In this document: one piece after another, positions 1 through 12,130 of the stretch
How the letters are laid out: each line of letters opens with the position of its first letter
Position numbering within the stretch: the stretch's first letter is position 1
Source of the DNA: Tubiluchus corallicola
Taxonomy: Eukaryota; Animalia; Priapulida
Direction: 5' to 3'
DNA: 64,000 bases
Assembly: GCA_030141605.1 (NCBI GenBank)
Contig: JAQGDQ010000054.1
Location: forward strand, 558,001-622,000
Translations under genes and position numbers: made by a program
The notes under the pieces: model-generated
What the model saw: only the letters and a program-made list of their open reading frames with translations
The model's database searches: none
What the model was told of the DNA's origin: nothing

Positions 1-256
1 CACAGGTTTTTTGCTTCATTCTGTGTTTTCTCTCAAACATTGAATCCGGTTCGTTGCTTTCATCCACATCTATGTCGTCATCATCATCGTCATCACCATC
101 AAAGCTTGTTTCAATGTCCTCTGATATAACATTATTACTCTCTTCGGTGAACATGTTTATTTCTTCTTTGTCAAAGCACACGCCGACGTGTGGTAAGACT
201 TTTGGTAGTTTGTAAGTTTTTCCACAAACGTCGCAAGAACATGTTCGAGATTTGAC
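1..256 (-). CDS. Exon 4 (partial, runs off the window) of the secreted protein: end of the TSP1-like motif and Asp/Glu-rich tract
   Basis: Acceptor tttactccacag|, phase 0, open to the window edge: VKSRTCSCDVCGKTYKLPKVLPHVGVCFDKEEINMFTEESNNVISEDIETSFDGDDDDDDDIDVDESNEPDSMFERKHRMKQKTC. Confidence 0.85.
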
Positions 257-437
257 CTGTGGAGTAAATAAACATCTGTACCACATCGTGTTATAAGAAA
301 ACTCCAGGTTTCAAAGCTCTCAATGTCAAAGAAACAAAATATGTACCAGTAGCAATTAAATTATTTTAATGATAATCATTTGTCGTAAAACTTCGAGAGT
401 AACAATTATTGATTCTTCTTGTATTTTCCTAATATAA

Positions 438-563
438 GACAGGGAAAGAGGGAGAAGGAAGAAAAAGTGAGCTAGACAGACAGACAGAGAGAAGTAAAAA
501 GAGAGAAAGCGTAAGAGAAAGGGAGAGAGAGCGGGAGAGAGAGAGAAAGAGAGAAGGGAGAGA
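438..563. repeat. AG-rich low-complexity tract in intron 3
   Basis: Degenerate GA/GAAA/GACA runs. Confidence 0.7.
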
Positions 564-577
564 GCACTAATGCCTAC

Positions 578-717
578 CTGGACGCCATCAGTTTTCTCTG
601 TGCAAGGAGTATAGGCACTCCATTTTGTACAAGTAATCATGTCTCTAAACACACACTTGTGTATTACCATCAAGTCAGCCAACTTCTCCATACGTTTTTC
701 CTTTACTCGGTCTTTTT
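578..717 (-). CDS. Exon 3 of the secreted protein (start of the TSP1-like motif)
   Basis: Acceptor acattttag| and donor CAG|gtaggc bound a 140-bp phase 1-0 exon in frame with both neighbours: EKDRVKEKRMEKLADLMVIHKCVFRDMITCTKWSAYTPCTEKTDGVQ. Confidence 0.85.
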
Positions 718-1612
718 CTAAAATGTAATGCCGTTATCAAGTAGTGATCATATGTATCACGTAGTGTCACGTCAGAAGAGAGAAAGACAGTTGAAAGGTA
801 GAAGGCATTTATCACACTTTGTAAAGCATTAAAACAGCTCTATGATGAATCTTTTCCATTTTCTTAGCATTTGTAATACCATAACAATGAAAAATAAATG
901 ACCAATAACTAAACTGAGATTTTATGAAAGCATGAAAGCTTTTCAATTTACTCTGAAATCTGAACTTATTTTATCAGAATTTATTTTCAAATGGATCTGG
1001 ACTTCTCTAAACACGTCTCTTTTATGTACTGTTTAGTCTAAGACAACTGTTAGATAGCGTATCTATTAGTTTTCTTGGCTTAAACAGTACATATGTAAGA
1101 GATATGTTCAGAAAAGACCAGATTTTCATTTATATAAACTCCAAAGATTTTGACAACACTTGAACACTTGATTATGGCATTATTTAGGTTAAATAAATGT
1201 CTCATCATCGGGAATGTTTTGCTTAGATAGTAAAATATCGTGACTCTGAAATTTATCGGGGCTTTGCTGTCATCAGGTTATTTTCGAACCAATTTACAAC
1301 CTTGTGCTTGCTTATTAAGTTTCTTTCTTACGCATGTATAAGCATATACAGCACATGATTTTAGAATCTCTTAGCATGGCACTTATTTTCGCCTAAACGC
1401 CAGAGCTATAAGGGTTTTCTTAGGTTATCAATACAGTGCCTACCAGCACAAAATGTTTTCTGAAATGCAGAAACGCTTACCAAATATGAAAAAAAATTAT
1501 GAAAACAGTTGATAGACTTGTAATATTATCTAATATAAAGTTTGAAATTACTGTACTATTTTGGAATAAACTATGAGTACTAAACTGGCAATAACTACAT
1601 CAAGATCTTCAC

Positions 1613-1930
1613 CTTTGGGAAGGTCTTCAAAGAATTTATCCACTAGGGTGCAGTTGATTTGGTTTCCCTGAAACGCCGGAAACAAGTCCCTGTGCACAGC
1701 CTTGAAAAACTCTTTTGCTTCTTCTTTATTTTCAAAGAAAAATTTGAAAAAATGTGGTGGAAAGAATCTATGATGATGACGCCTTCCACCGCCTCTCATC
1801 TCTCCGCCACCATAACCCATGCCCGGAAGGCGACGGCCCATTCCCGGAAAGAAAGGTTTGTGATGGCCATCGCTGTGCCCAAAACCATGTTGAGCATTAA
1901 CAGCAACAACAGCACTAAGCAGTAGTAACC
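1613..1930 (-). CDS. Exon 2 of the secreted protein (signal peptide core and His/Gly/Phe-rich region)
   Basis: Acceptor tcagttttag| and donor AAG|gtgaag bound a 318-bp open phase 1-1 exon. Translation: (G)LLLLSAVVAVNAQHGFGHSDGHHKPFFPGMGRRLPGMGYGGGEMRGGGRRHHHRFFPPHFFKFFFENKEEAKEFFKAVHRDLFPAFQGNQINCTLVDKFFEDLPK. GC is higher than in the flanks. Confidence 0.85.
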
Positions 1931-2157
1931 CTAAAACTGAAAAATGTTAATGATTAGTTAGTTGTAATAAAATACCCCCAAAACAAATCAATTTTAGCAG
2001 TTATCTTATTCCTTTCAGCACTTGTGACTTAAAGCACTTCTAAGCGTCGTTTGCACTAATGGGTTATACTAATAGAGTGACACGACTTTAATGCTATGCA
2101 TGGTCGATTTGTGAACGAAACATTGGTGAACAAAATAATTCTGTGAACGAGCCATAC

Positions 2158-2215
2158 AAAAAGAACTTTTGGCAGATCATATATATATATATATGATCTG
2201 CCAAAAGTTCTTTTT
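2158..2215. repeat. Perfect 58-bp palindrome centred on (AT)8
   Basis: aaaaagaacttttggcagatc-(at)8-gatctgccaaaagttcttttt; the 21-bp arms are exact reverse complements. Confidence 0.9.
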
Positions 2216-2721
2216 CTATATGTCATTCATATTTGTATGTAATATACGAATAATATATATATAATTTGATATAATATATAAATCTCCGTTTATATATCTA
2301 ACGAATTAGTTAATCTTCCCCTCTTCTCCTCTCCTTTCGTTCCCTCTGTGAAGTTTTGATTTTTAATTTTAATATAAGGTAGTAGTATGTTTACAAATAC
2401 ATAGCTATAAAGTTTATGTTCTTCTTCTTGGTAAAACTCCATTAGCAACAATCTAATAACAACGATGGCCCAGTGGGATGTAGTTAAGAGGGAACGAAAG
2501 AAGAAGTAAAAAATACTTGGATTACAAAAAAAAGAACTTGACGGCAAAAAGCATTGGACCACGACACATGAAAAAAGACAATAAAAGTACTCAAACCGTG
2601 AATACAGTTTCGTTTAGAGCTCGAGTTCACGGACATTGAATTCTATGAATTCTGGACATAAAACATTTGGTGCTAAGAGGATGCTGTTGTATAACGTTTT
2701 TCACCAAAAACACTATGTAAA

Positions 2722-3305
<584 letters not shown>

Positions 3306-3345
3306 AATGAGCTCAATTGAGCAAAATTCTTGTTAGCATACATAC

Positions 3346-3352
3346 CTTTCAT
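3346..3352 (-). CDS. Exon 1 (ATG AAA G) of a secreted His/Gly-rich, TSP1-like, acidic protein; exons in transcript order 3346-3352, 1613-1930, 578-717, <1-256
   Basis: Minus strand reads ctacgATGAAAG|gtatgt. The phase-1 donor joins exon 2 in frame to give the signal-peptide-like MKGLLLLSAVVAVNA. A TATA box lies ~90 bp upstream. Confidence 0.7.
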
Positions 3353-3407
3353 CGTAGAAGGTTCGAGAAGACCGGTATGAAAGAGAGAAACTAGAGAAAC
3401 CGTCCAG

Positions 3408-3444
3408 GAATGTAAAATTAACCACATTCAGCTCCTCTTTTATA
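3408..3444 (-). promoter_or_regulatory. TATA box and initiator-like element of the minus-strand secreted-protein gene
   Basis: Minus strand TATAAAA at 3444-3438, followed ~30 bp downstream by TTACATTC, which lies ~60 bp before the ATG. Confidence 0.55.
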
Positions 3445-4162
3445 CGAACTCTGGGAATTCGTGATTTGAGGATTACAAGACGCGTGTGCGGCAAGCCTGA
3501 AAATCACGTTTCACGATCGTTTTAAATATTATTTTTAGTAAACAATGGTAAAAACTGGTTTGGCTATAAAACGTGTAATTCTAGAAAATCCAGGCACTCA
3601 CAAAGTAATTGACAATGATGAGAGAGAGAGAGCAGCTTTAGAATTATTACAGATTATATATTTTTTCATGAAATGTGAGAAAATTCAGATTGCACGCAAC
3701 ACGACCACTAATTTTTGAAGTTTAATCGAGCAACGTACCATTCTACGACTTTAAAAAATCTGAAAATTAGTTAATAAATTTTATTTTATTTTTTTTGAAA
3801 TTTTGTTAAAACTAAAGTGCCTAGGAGTGGTGACATTACAACAGGGTGCAACCTATACTTACTCCATATACAAATCATTATTCCTTTCGTAGCGATTTGT
3901 GACTTTTGTATATTAGTTTCGTGTCTTCCATAAATTCTTAAAGCTGATGATAAGTTGACTAAGTTAACTGAAAGCCTTTAGTTATGCCTATAGGAATTTT
4001 TATTCTAGGATAGTATATAGTCCGATTCGTTTAATACCTGGTCGATTTGTTTTAGGTTTTTGTGGTGTCAATACTTTCACAAATTAGCTGGCAACTAACG
4101 ATAGCACTAATTAATTATGACTGTGGTTGCCAGAAGTTTTATGAACCGTTGCGCTTTATTTT

Positions 4163-4300
4163 CCCAATTATACCCAGTGCGGGTAACGAGTTGAAGAAAG
4201 GAGGCGCTGAAAAATTGTGGCGCTAGTCGGGATTTGAACCCGAGACCTGGGATTAGTACTTCCATGCTCTAGCACCAGCCCAACATGATACAGTAGCCCT
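4163..4300 (-). mobile_element. tRNA-derived SINE-like head (degenerate)
   Basis: Minus-strand B box GGTTCAAATCC (4240-4230) in a tRNA-like context. The downstream aatttttc...ttcaactcgttacc resembles the copy at 58925. Confidence 0.5.
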
Positions 4301-4589
4301 AAGAGTTTTTTTTAGATTTTTATCGATTATTTATACATTTTACTTTCGTAAAGTACTCGCGGCGTACTTTGTATGCAAGTATTACGGATCGTTGCTGCTT
4401 ATGGTGTGTTGAACAAAAGATTGCCAGTTTGCTGTGATCTTTGACCTATCAGGTGGCCCAGAAAAAGTTTATTTGACACACTTGGATACCTAAATACCTA
4501 AATGGTATCGATGGTACTTAGTTTGCAAATAGAAAGCATAGTGTGTCATCGAATATATATACACTTAGGTGTAATATTGTTGCTAGAAT

Positions 4590-4890
4590 ATCACATATGA
4601 ATGGAGTTTTCGTCATCGCTGGATGAGTTAGATGTTTGCTTTTTGATTGCATTTTATGATGTGAAGCTTCACACAGCATTCAATGGCACTGATGTTTGTT
4701 AATTCTAAATTTGATATCAGCCGAGAAGGGCAGAGTTTCAGGGCTTTGTGTGTTTACCAACGTATTGATGGCACATCACATGAATTTGTTGCAGAAAAGT
4801 TGCGAAGGGATATTTCGAATTTACTATAGATGGAAAACTTGATATTTGATAAAGTGGTATCGTTGACAATCCTAATGAAATTTAAATTAA
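4590..4890 (+). mobile_element. Possible highly decayed hAT transposase remnant
   Basis: Frameshifted fragments IDGTSHEFVAEKL and GIVDNPNEI resemble the hAT HTxxNIAxxL and TDNAxN motifs; many stops. Confidence 0.25.
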
Positions 4891-5691
4891 CGAATTGTTG
4901 TAGAATTTACTTACAGGTACAGCTTTAGGAATTTCAAATCACTAAGATGCGCAGTGATAAAAATTTACATTTTTATGTAACGTTGCAACTTTAATGAAAG
5001 ACAGGGAATAATGCACTCGTAACGAAGTCCATTTTTTGCAATTACTGTCGCAAATATCCAAGTTAACGTTACCCACTAGAATACTTGTTCATAGTATTAC
5101 TATAAGCTGCATCTGTCCAGCATTCCAATTTTCAACAAAATCTATTTGGAATACTTGGTAAGAGAATTCAACAGTCTAGAATCTAGTTAGCACCAAAAGT
5201 GGAACAGTGGCTAGCAGAGAATTTTCAATTGGGTTAGGATAAAAAGCGTAAAAAAACCTGATTTTCATAATTAAGGTCGTCAGCAGTTATCATGCTTCAT
5301 CAGGTTTCCTCCACTGGCGCATCATTCGTCAAGATGTTAGCCGACTGCTTTCCGTTATTTTGCCATAACCCAGCAACGGCAGCACACTCTTCACAAAGTG
5401 ACACTCTAGAAGGCCCCTAGAACGCCTCTACAAGTAATAAAGGTAACAGGTGCCAGTTGAAACGGCCAGCAAGATTGCACATAAAACAAAAGTACGAACG
5501 AACGTAACTATTTTTACCTTGAGAATAGTTAAAAGAAAAAAAATCAATAAAAAGTTGCCGTCTTAACTCGTATGAGGACATGTGTAGAGCGTACCTCGTT
5601 CACTGAATTTCATAACTTTTAGAAACTTATAAACAAAAGTCTTTCACACGTATTAAAGTGTGTATAACATCCGGAGGACCAGCTAAAGAAC

Positions 5692-5807
<116 letters not shown>

Positions 5808-5864
5808 GAACGATATTATTTTAAACAACCCACTCTGCTCCGAATTGGAACTACATGTATCTAA

Positions 5865-6410
5865 TATAGCCAGATTCTAAAGTTAGGGGGGCAAGCACAT
5901 AAAAAAGGCGGCGCCGTGACACGTACCAAACAATTTTTAACGCATTGATTACACATTTTAATTTTGTGTTCAAAATAAAAACACGAGAAACATACAGTTT
6001 TAAGGGAAGTACATAATTGTTATTTCGTATTTGAAATTAAAACACGATAAGAAGTTTTACAGTAAGCTCTTAAATCTCAAAACCTAATAAAACATGCGTG
6101 TTCTTTAGTGATTTTAATTTTAAACGTAAAATGAAAACAAAATCAAGCATTGTGAGAAATGTATCATGAAGGAACTACAATGGTCTCTTTCATCTAGCCT
6201 TCATTCTAGTAAATTAATCTATAACTTCATTAGAATCCAACTCAGTAGCTAACTCTCTTTCAATGGTGAACAAAGATAACCCAGACTATTTATCCTCGCC
6301 TATTGTACACAGAAGGTAGGACTTTATCTGTTTTAGCCGACTAAAGGATCGTTGTGTGCCAATTTTGAAAAATATTCTAGGGGAAGCGGTTGCTCCCCTT
6401 GCCCAGTTAT
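5865..6410 (-). mobile_element. Internally deleted hAT DNA transposon with a transposase C-terminal (dimerisation domain) remnant
   Basis: Minus strand ~6360-6175 translates TQRSFSRLKQIKSYLLCTIGEDK*SGLSLFTIERELATELDSNEVID*FTRMKAR, matching the hAT motif ERSFSxLKxIKxYLRSTMxxxRLxxLxLLxIE. G/C-run subterminal motifs occur at both ends. Confidence 0.7.
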
Positions 6411-6489
6411 ACCATTGATCAAGTCTCAAAAACTGTAGACAAAATGTTTCAAAACTAAATAGCTTTCGACGTATGTTGGTTTATATGTT

Positions 6490-7320
6490 CACCGCTACAC
6501 TCGAACAATGATTCATTACGACCATCCTGCTTGCTGTTGAACATGGAAACGTAGTATGATCAGGTTGTAGTGAAAATAGCATATGTTAGTTAATCAGGTG
6601 TCTGCCGCTAGAATTTGTTCTGGGGCTGTGATCCCCGAAAGTATTTTGTCAGACAGCAGCTTCACAAAATTAGAGACACACTTCCGTTATTATTGCCTAT
6701 GACTTTTTTCAAAATAGTCAATAACTTAGTGGCACGGTATTTAAATGCAATCCTTCCATCAAGGGTAAATAAAGTTGCCCTGCTACAATGTACCCAGTTG
6801 TACAGAAGTTTTAATTGTCACTCTCTAAGCCGTGAAAAATCATTTTTTGTAAGGATAATTAATATGTAGAACAACTTACCAGAGAACATTCGTGAAATTC
6901 CATCCATTTCACACTTCAAACAAGAGCTCAAAACTTGAGTTTTTCTTTGCGTAAGAAACATTTTTCATTTGGTAAATCACTAACTTCTATGCATCATGCG
7001 CATGAAAGTCGGATTTTCTCAGCTAATCTATGACCTTTTTTCTAAAGGCTGTAAAGGTAATCACCATCAAGCAGGATTGCCGAATTGTAACTGTGAATTT
7101 CGGTTTGAGTCTGCTGAACACTTTTTGTTGTGCTGTCCATTGTATCAACAAGCTAGGATTCTTATATTAGATAAATTAAATGAAATACTGCTGCCGTAAA
7201 ATAGCTGCATTAGGAAGTAATGATCTGTTGAAGGTGTTATTGTTTAGAAAAGTTAACTTTAATTATGTTGTAAATTGTCAAATTTCCTAATGTGTACATG
7301 ACTTTAAACCTAAAGGTTTC
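6490..7320 (+). mobile_element. Decayed 3' part of a CR1/L2-group LINE ORF2
   Basis: Motifs AARICSGA and SFFVRIINM*NNLP...SISHFKQEL, plus the C-terminal Cys/His motif CNCEFRFESAEHFLLCCPLYQQAR; stops and frameshifts present. Confidence 0.7.
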
Positions 7321-7639
7321 ATGTAGTTCCTATCTATATTGTAAATGCGTCAGTCCTAAGCATTCATAGATTAAATTTTTTAACTGTCGATTTATTAGCT
7401 ATAGTATATCAAAGGTAATCTTGTGCTAAACCTGTTGACAGATAGTGCTGTAATCGTAACAGTAATTCTTATTACAAATGTTTTGTAAATAGTGTACATA
7501 TATAGCTTGCTACGGTGAGGAGTTCTGAAACTGTCCGATCCAATCCTTTACTAAATTATGTTTAAACTAACAACTCATTTTAATGTCGAAAAATGTGAAT
7601 ACGACTGCATTTAATCGGAACGTCTTCCTCAGGAACTCG

Positions 7640-8795
7640 AAGAAAGCTTAAAGTATAATTTTTCATATCCTATCACTACGAAGCACGGTAAAAAGTATAT
7701 CTTTTCAAACCTGTAACAATGCCTGAGTTCCTACATAATTAAATCATATGTCAAAAACTTATTAATTAATAGCCGGTTAGCCCAGCTAGTAATGACGTCA
7801 CAAAGGAACGTAATTTTCAACAACATAAACATTCCATGAGCATCTTGCACGTGTTTGCGGAAATTTCGAGAACAGTGTTACTGTACATCATTCCGTGTGA
7901 TACCCGGCATATTTTGAAGGAAGACACGATGGATTTTCACATCATACCCCATTTTCAAGTACGATAAAAAGTATACATTTTGACACCAATAATACTGCAA
8001 AATCGTTTCTGATAATTAAATAATACATTAAAATATTAATTAACGGCACTCGAGCCCAATTATTGATGACAGTACATCACGAACATAATTTTCAACAGCA
8101 AAAACATTCCACGCGCGTGTTGCACGTGTTTGCAAAAGCGAAGATTGAAGTACAACACTACTGTAAGAGATTCACTAAACTCGGTAAGTTTTAACATAAA
8201 ACATCAAATTTCAAATTTACCGCTGTGCTCACACATGACCTATCGAGCGTGTGCAGTACGTCACAAACGAATACTTCAGAACTAATAGATACTGCATCTG
8301 CTTTTTGTGCAACGCGTTGCCGAAACGCAGGCCCTAGTGCCCGGCTAACTAGCGAATGGTGAAGTGCATGTAACAGCGAAGAACTAGTGGCGCGAACGCG
8401 AAATCGCGTTTGTGAGGTAATAATTCTTTCACCTAAGTCATTTTTGAAAAAAATAGTATTTTTCCTTCAACTTTTAAAGAGTAGATTGTTTTGACCTACA
8501 GTTTAAGATTGGATCCGGTTTTGCATTAAGTTTTAAAAATTTTAATTTCAAATTTACTGATGTGCTTACGAACGAGTGCGCTCATCACACAATTGCACAG
8601 CAACTGCACTGAGAGGTACCACGCTTGTGGAGCAATGTCGAGATGCAGGCGGCCAGGCGCTAGTGTCCGGCTAACAGCGAATGGCATGCAACACCCAAGA
8701 ACTAGTTGCGCAAAGGCGAAATTGTGTTTCCGCGGTAACAATTCCTTTACACACGTTATTTTTGAAAAGTAATATGTTTCTTTTCAATATTTGAC
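7640..8795 (-). mobile_element. Older copy of the TTAA element family, split into ~7640-7913 and 8530-8795 by a nested insertion
   Basis: Both halves align colinearly to consecutive parts of the 7918-8525 copy and join at an internal TTAA. Confidence 0.6.
7918..8525 (-). mobile_element. ~600-bp non-autonomous TTAA-targeting (Kolobok-like) element, copy 1
   Basis: Reverse complement of the copies at 9888 and 25634. Flanked by ttga and ttaa, with short AGGAA-type termini. Confidence 0.75.
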
Positions 8796-9887
8796 AGGTT
8801 TGATTGTTTCGAGTTGTATTTTTTGATTGGGTCAGGTTTTCTGATTTTTTTCCTTCTGATTTTTTTTTCGGTTCATTAGTTATGAACAGAATGTCATCAT
8901 GCTTGACCTGTAACAACTGTATCTAGTACACCTTAGCACATCTAGTACAACTGTACCTAGATATTTTAATCATTTTGAACAGTATTTGGAATAGTTGTGA
9001 TGCGTTTTATGTTAAATTAATTTTTCCTAACTACACTCTTATAACATTTCACAGTTTAAAAGCGATTCGATTCATTTGCTTTTTGTCAAAAGCGATTTTC
9101 AAGTAAATTACATAAGCAAAAGAAAAATGTTTGTTTCCTATATATGTTTCATTCGTCTGACACCTCACTGTCACTACAGACTTTTAAATTTGTATCTTTT
9201 TCCTTCTTTCGCAAAAGTCTCTTCAGAACAAGACAGCCAATAACCTTGAACGAAAGTTTCAGTTACCAGGAAGCGTAAAGATGCACGAGCCTGAGAACGT
9301 ATGGAGATAACAACTTCACTTGGCAAGCAGTTAAAACCGATACTCGTTGTTCCTCAGTAACTGTTTTCATATCTGCAACCGGGAACGTTTGAAAAACAGG
9401 TTTCGTAACAACATGTTCATTAGTCATTATTACAATTTTGATTACAGTAAAGTAGTAGCAATTATTTCTGTGCAAAAAATTGATTTTGTGTTTGTGTTTG
9501 TTTGTTTATTTGCTTACACATTCTTACATATAAAATGCCCACACAGATCTTCTTTATTTATGGAAGTTTTTAACTTCTTTATAACAACAAAAATATTCGA
9601 AAATTTGTTTGCAATATCTTGGTATAAAATTATACACGATCAAGCGAAAAAACTGATATAAGCAGTAACAGTTTAAACAACATGAGTTAACACAGATAAA
9701 GTTTGGAATAATAATTAAGGGATCTACCAAATACTGGGCGTTCAAGTTCAATAAACACTAATGCTATTTTATGCAGTAGAGTAGTATTTGGCAACCTCTT
9801 ATTGCACACGTAGTGTGTAAAATGATCATAGTCTGCATGCCAGTTTGAATGTAGTCAACAGTAAACACAAACAGCATGAAAACCTAA

Positions 9888-10428
9888 AGTAAAACGGAAG
9901 CTAATCTTAAATTGCATGTCAAAACAATTTGCTCTTTAAATAGTGAAAGGAAACATACAATTTTTTCAAAAACGACTTACGCAGTTCTTCGCTGTTACAT
10001 GCATTTCGTCATTCGCTAGTTAAACGGGCACTAGCGCCTGCATTTCGAAAACGCATTGCACACAAAAGAAGTGCTGTACCTCTCAGTTCAGATGTGTTAG
10101 TTACTGACGAACTACACACATTCGACAGCTTATGCGTGAACACAGCAGTAAATATGTCTAGTTTTAGTACAAGACACTGAATATCTCACAGTTCCACTGT
10201 ACTTCAATTTTCATTTTCGTAAACACGCGCAACAAGCTCAATATTTTTGCAGTTGAAAATTATGTTAGTTTGTGATGCCATCAATACTTGGGCTCGCCCG
10301 CCCTTAATTAAGTTTTTAATCTATTATTTAATTATCAGGAACGCTTTTGCAGTATTGATTGAGTTAAAATGTATACTTTTAACGGATTTCAAAATGGGGT
10401 AGCATATGAAAAATTATCGTGTCTTCCT
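9888..10428 (+). mobile_element. Kolobok-like non-autonomous element, copy 2
   Basis: Long near-identical stretches with 25634-26237 (e.g. gggcactagcgcctgcatttcg and cagatgtgttagttactgacgaactacacacattcgacagcttatgcgtg) and the same end points. Confidence 0.8.
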
Positions 10429-11699
10429 TTCAATGAAAGGAATAGGAAATAAATTTGAAAGGGTTCCTGTCATGCTGTCTCTACACGTTTTTTAGCTCGA
10501 AAAACTTAGAAATCTGACTCTTTCTAATTCTTAAAGGTACCATACGTCTGCGTTACTGTTACCCAAGTAGAATGCCGGATACAGAAAACTTATATGACTT
10601 AAAAAAGAAAAATAATAATTGGCCATTGCGCGGTGGACCACACTGGTTGCTTGACGTCTGCCGATTTGTGTATTGTTGTTCATTTTGCCGAAAGAGTGGT
10701 TCATTGATTGGACTACAGATTTACTTTCGGAACCTCGAAAAAAAACGGTCATCGTTTGACTTTGGCCACCTCACAACCATAAATCATCATCAATTCACGT
10801 TAAAAGTGAAGCTAAGATCTATTAATAACGGCAAGTTAAGCAGCTGTTATTAGGAAACTACATCTAATAATTTCCATAACATAACTAGCTTAATTATACT
10901 CGCTCAGTCGTAGTTAGAAAACAAATAAACCTGATTAGACTTGCAGCGGCGAGTTATTTTGCTTTTGTGATTTGGAGCAATTTAGGAAGCCCAGTTTTGC
11001 ACATAGCTGAAGACCGTTCAGCTCTACATTATTGGGAAGCCCAGTCATTGTGCGGAGGATTCACTGCTCGTATGCCTAGACATCAGACGCGTGATGAGTA
11101 TCTTAAAAATAGGGACACTTATTGAGTGAGTGAGCTTCAGTGCGTCTTAAATCCATTGATGGCAATTTCGGTGTCATTTTGTGTGAGTTAGTGCTATTAG
11201 TTCGCGAGCTGAGAGACGCAATCAACTACGTCTTTCATTAATCAGGTAGGATATTCAGCGGATCACATTGATTGAGCTGCTTGTTAAGGTATTTTTGTGC
11301 AAAAATTGACGCTGGGTTTGTGAACGGTGCAACAAAGCAGAATTAAAAGGGAAGAGAACACAGCTAAATAATAAGTGTAAGTATATTCACTGTATATGCA
11401 GGTTTCAATTATTATACTTATAATTACGTAAACTCATCCAGTCGCCGACTGTTAAATTATTAAGCAGTTCAGGGTAACTCAAGTCAAGTAAAATTACAGA
11501 TGCAGTTTGACACGTCGGTACATTGTTTGTAAAGTATGTTCATTTGTGTAATTTGGTTTTATATAATTGAAAATTTTACAGTTAAGTTCCTTATGGAAAA
11601 GCTAAAACGATTATACAACAAAACGACCAGCACTTTGTTTTTTTAGCATTATAAAGGATCTTTTAATTATGTCTTGGACCAAAAAAGTTTTGAACATTA

Positions 11700-12130
11700 T
11701 TTTGCTCAATTTCGCCCATGGTTCTGGCTGAAAAGCGGCATTGTTAATATTTCATTTAAAGCCATTACAATTAATATTTTAATCAATTTTCTAAATGTAT
11801 CACTTAATAGATTTGAGAGTGTTCGTGGACTTAATATTTTGCGTTGTTCGCAGAGAGGGACCCTAAGATTTTGAATTAATTGCAAAAATGATTCAAGCCA
11901 TGTAAAATGCGTGAATTCGTTCAATTTGCTCTTATAATTTGGAAATTTTACAGTCAAAGCCATTATAAAGCAGTTTAAGGTTTGAAAACGGTTAAAACTG
12001 AACACCACTTGGCTTCTTAGCATTAGCAATAAGTAAGTTCAGTTTTAACTTGTAAAAGAGTTTGTTATGAATTTATAAAGCATTATTCTGCCTTATAAGG
12101 GGTCTATCAGTGTGGCCGAAACGTTGCACA
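11700..12130 (-). mobile_element. Possible Penelope-like element 5' remnant
   Basis: A ccgaaacgttg pLTR-like motif at ~12116 sits next to a Lys/Leu/Asn-rich 107-aa minus-strand ORF. No diagnostic domain seen. Confidence 0.2.

Noticed and set aside
1745-1895. Resemblance to sea urchin Sp185/333 (Transformer) Gly/His-rich proteins
   Set aside because: Compositional only; the exon structure and Cys-rich C-terminal part do not fit.
1659-1925. 88-aa plus-strand ORF
   Set aside because: Antisense shadow of exon 2.
5275-5335. Hammerhead ribozyme-like CTGATGA/GAAA motifs (also near 29110 and 35350)
   Set aside because: Motif order or spacing leaves no room for stems I-III.
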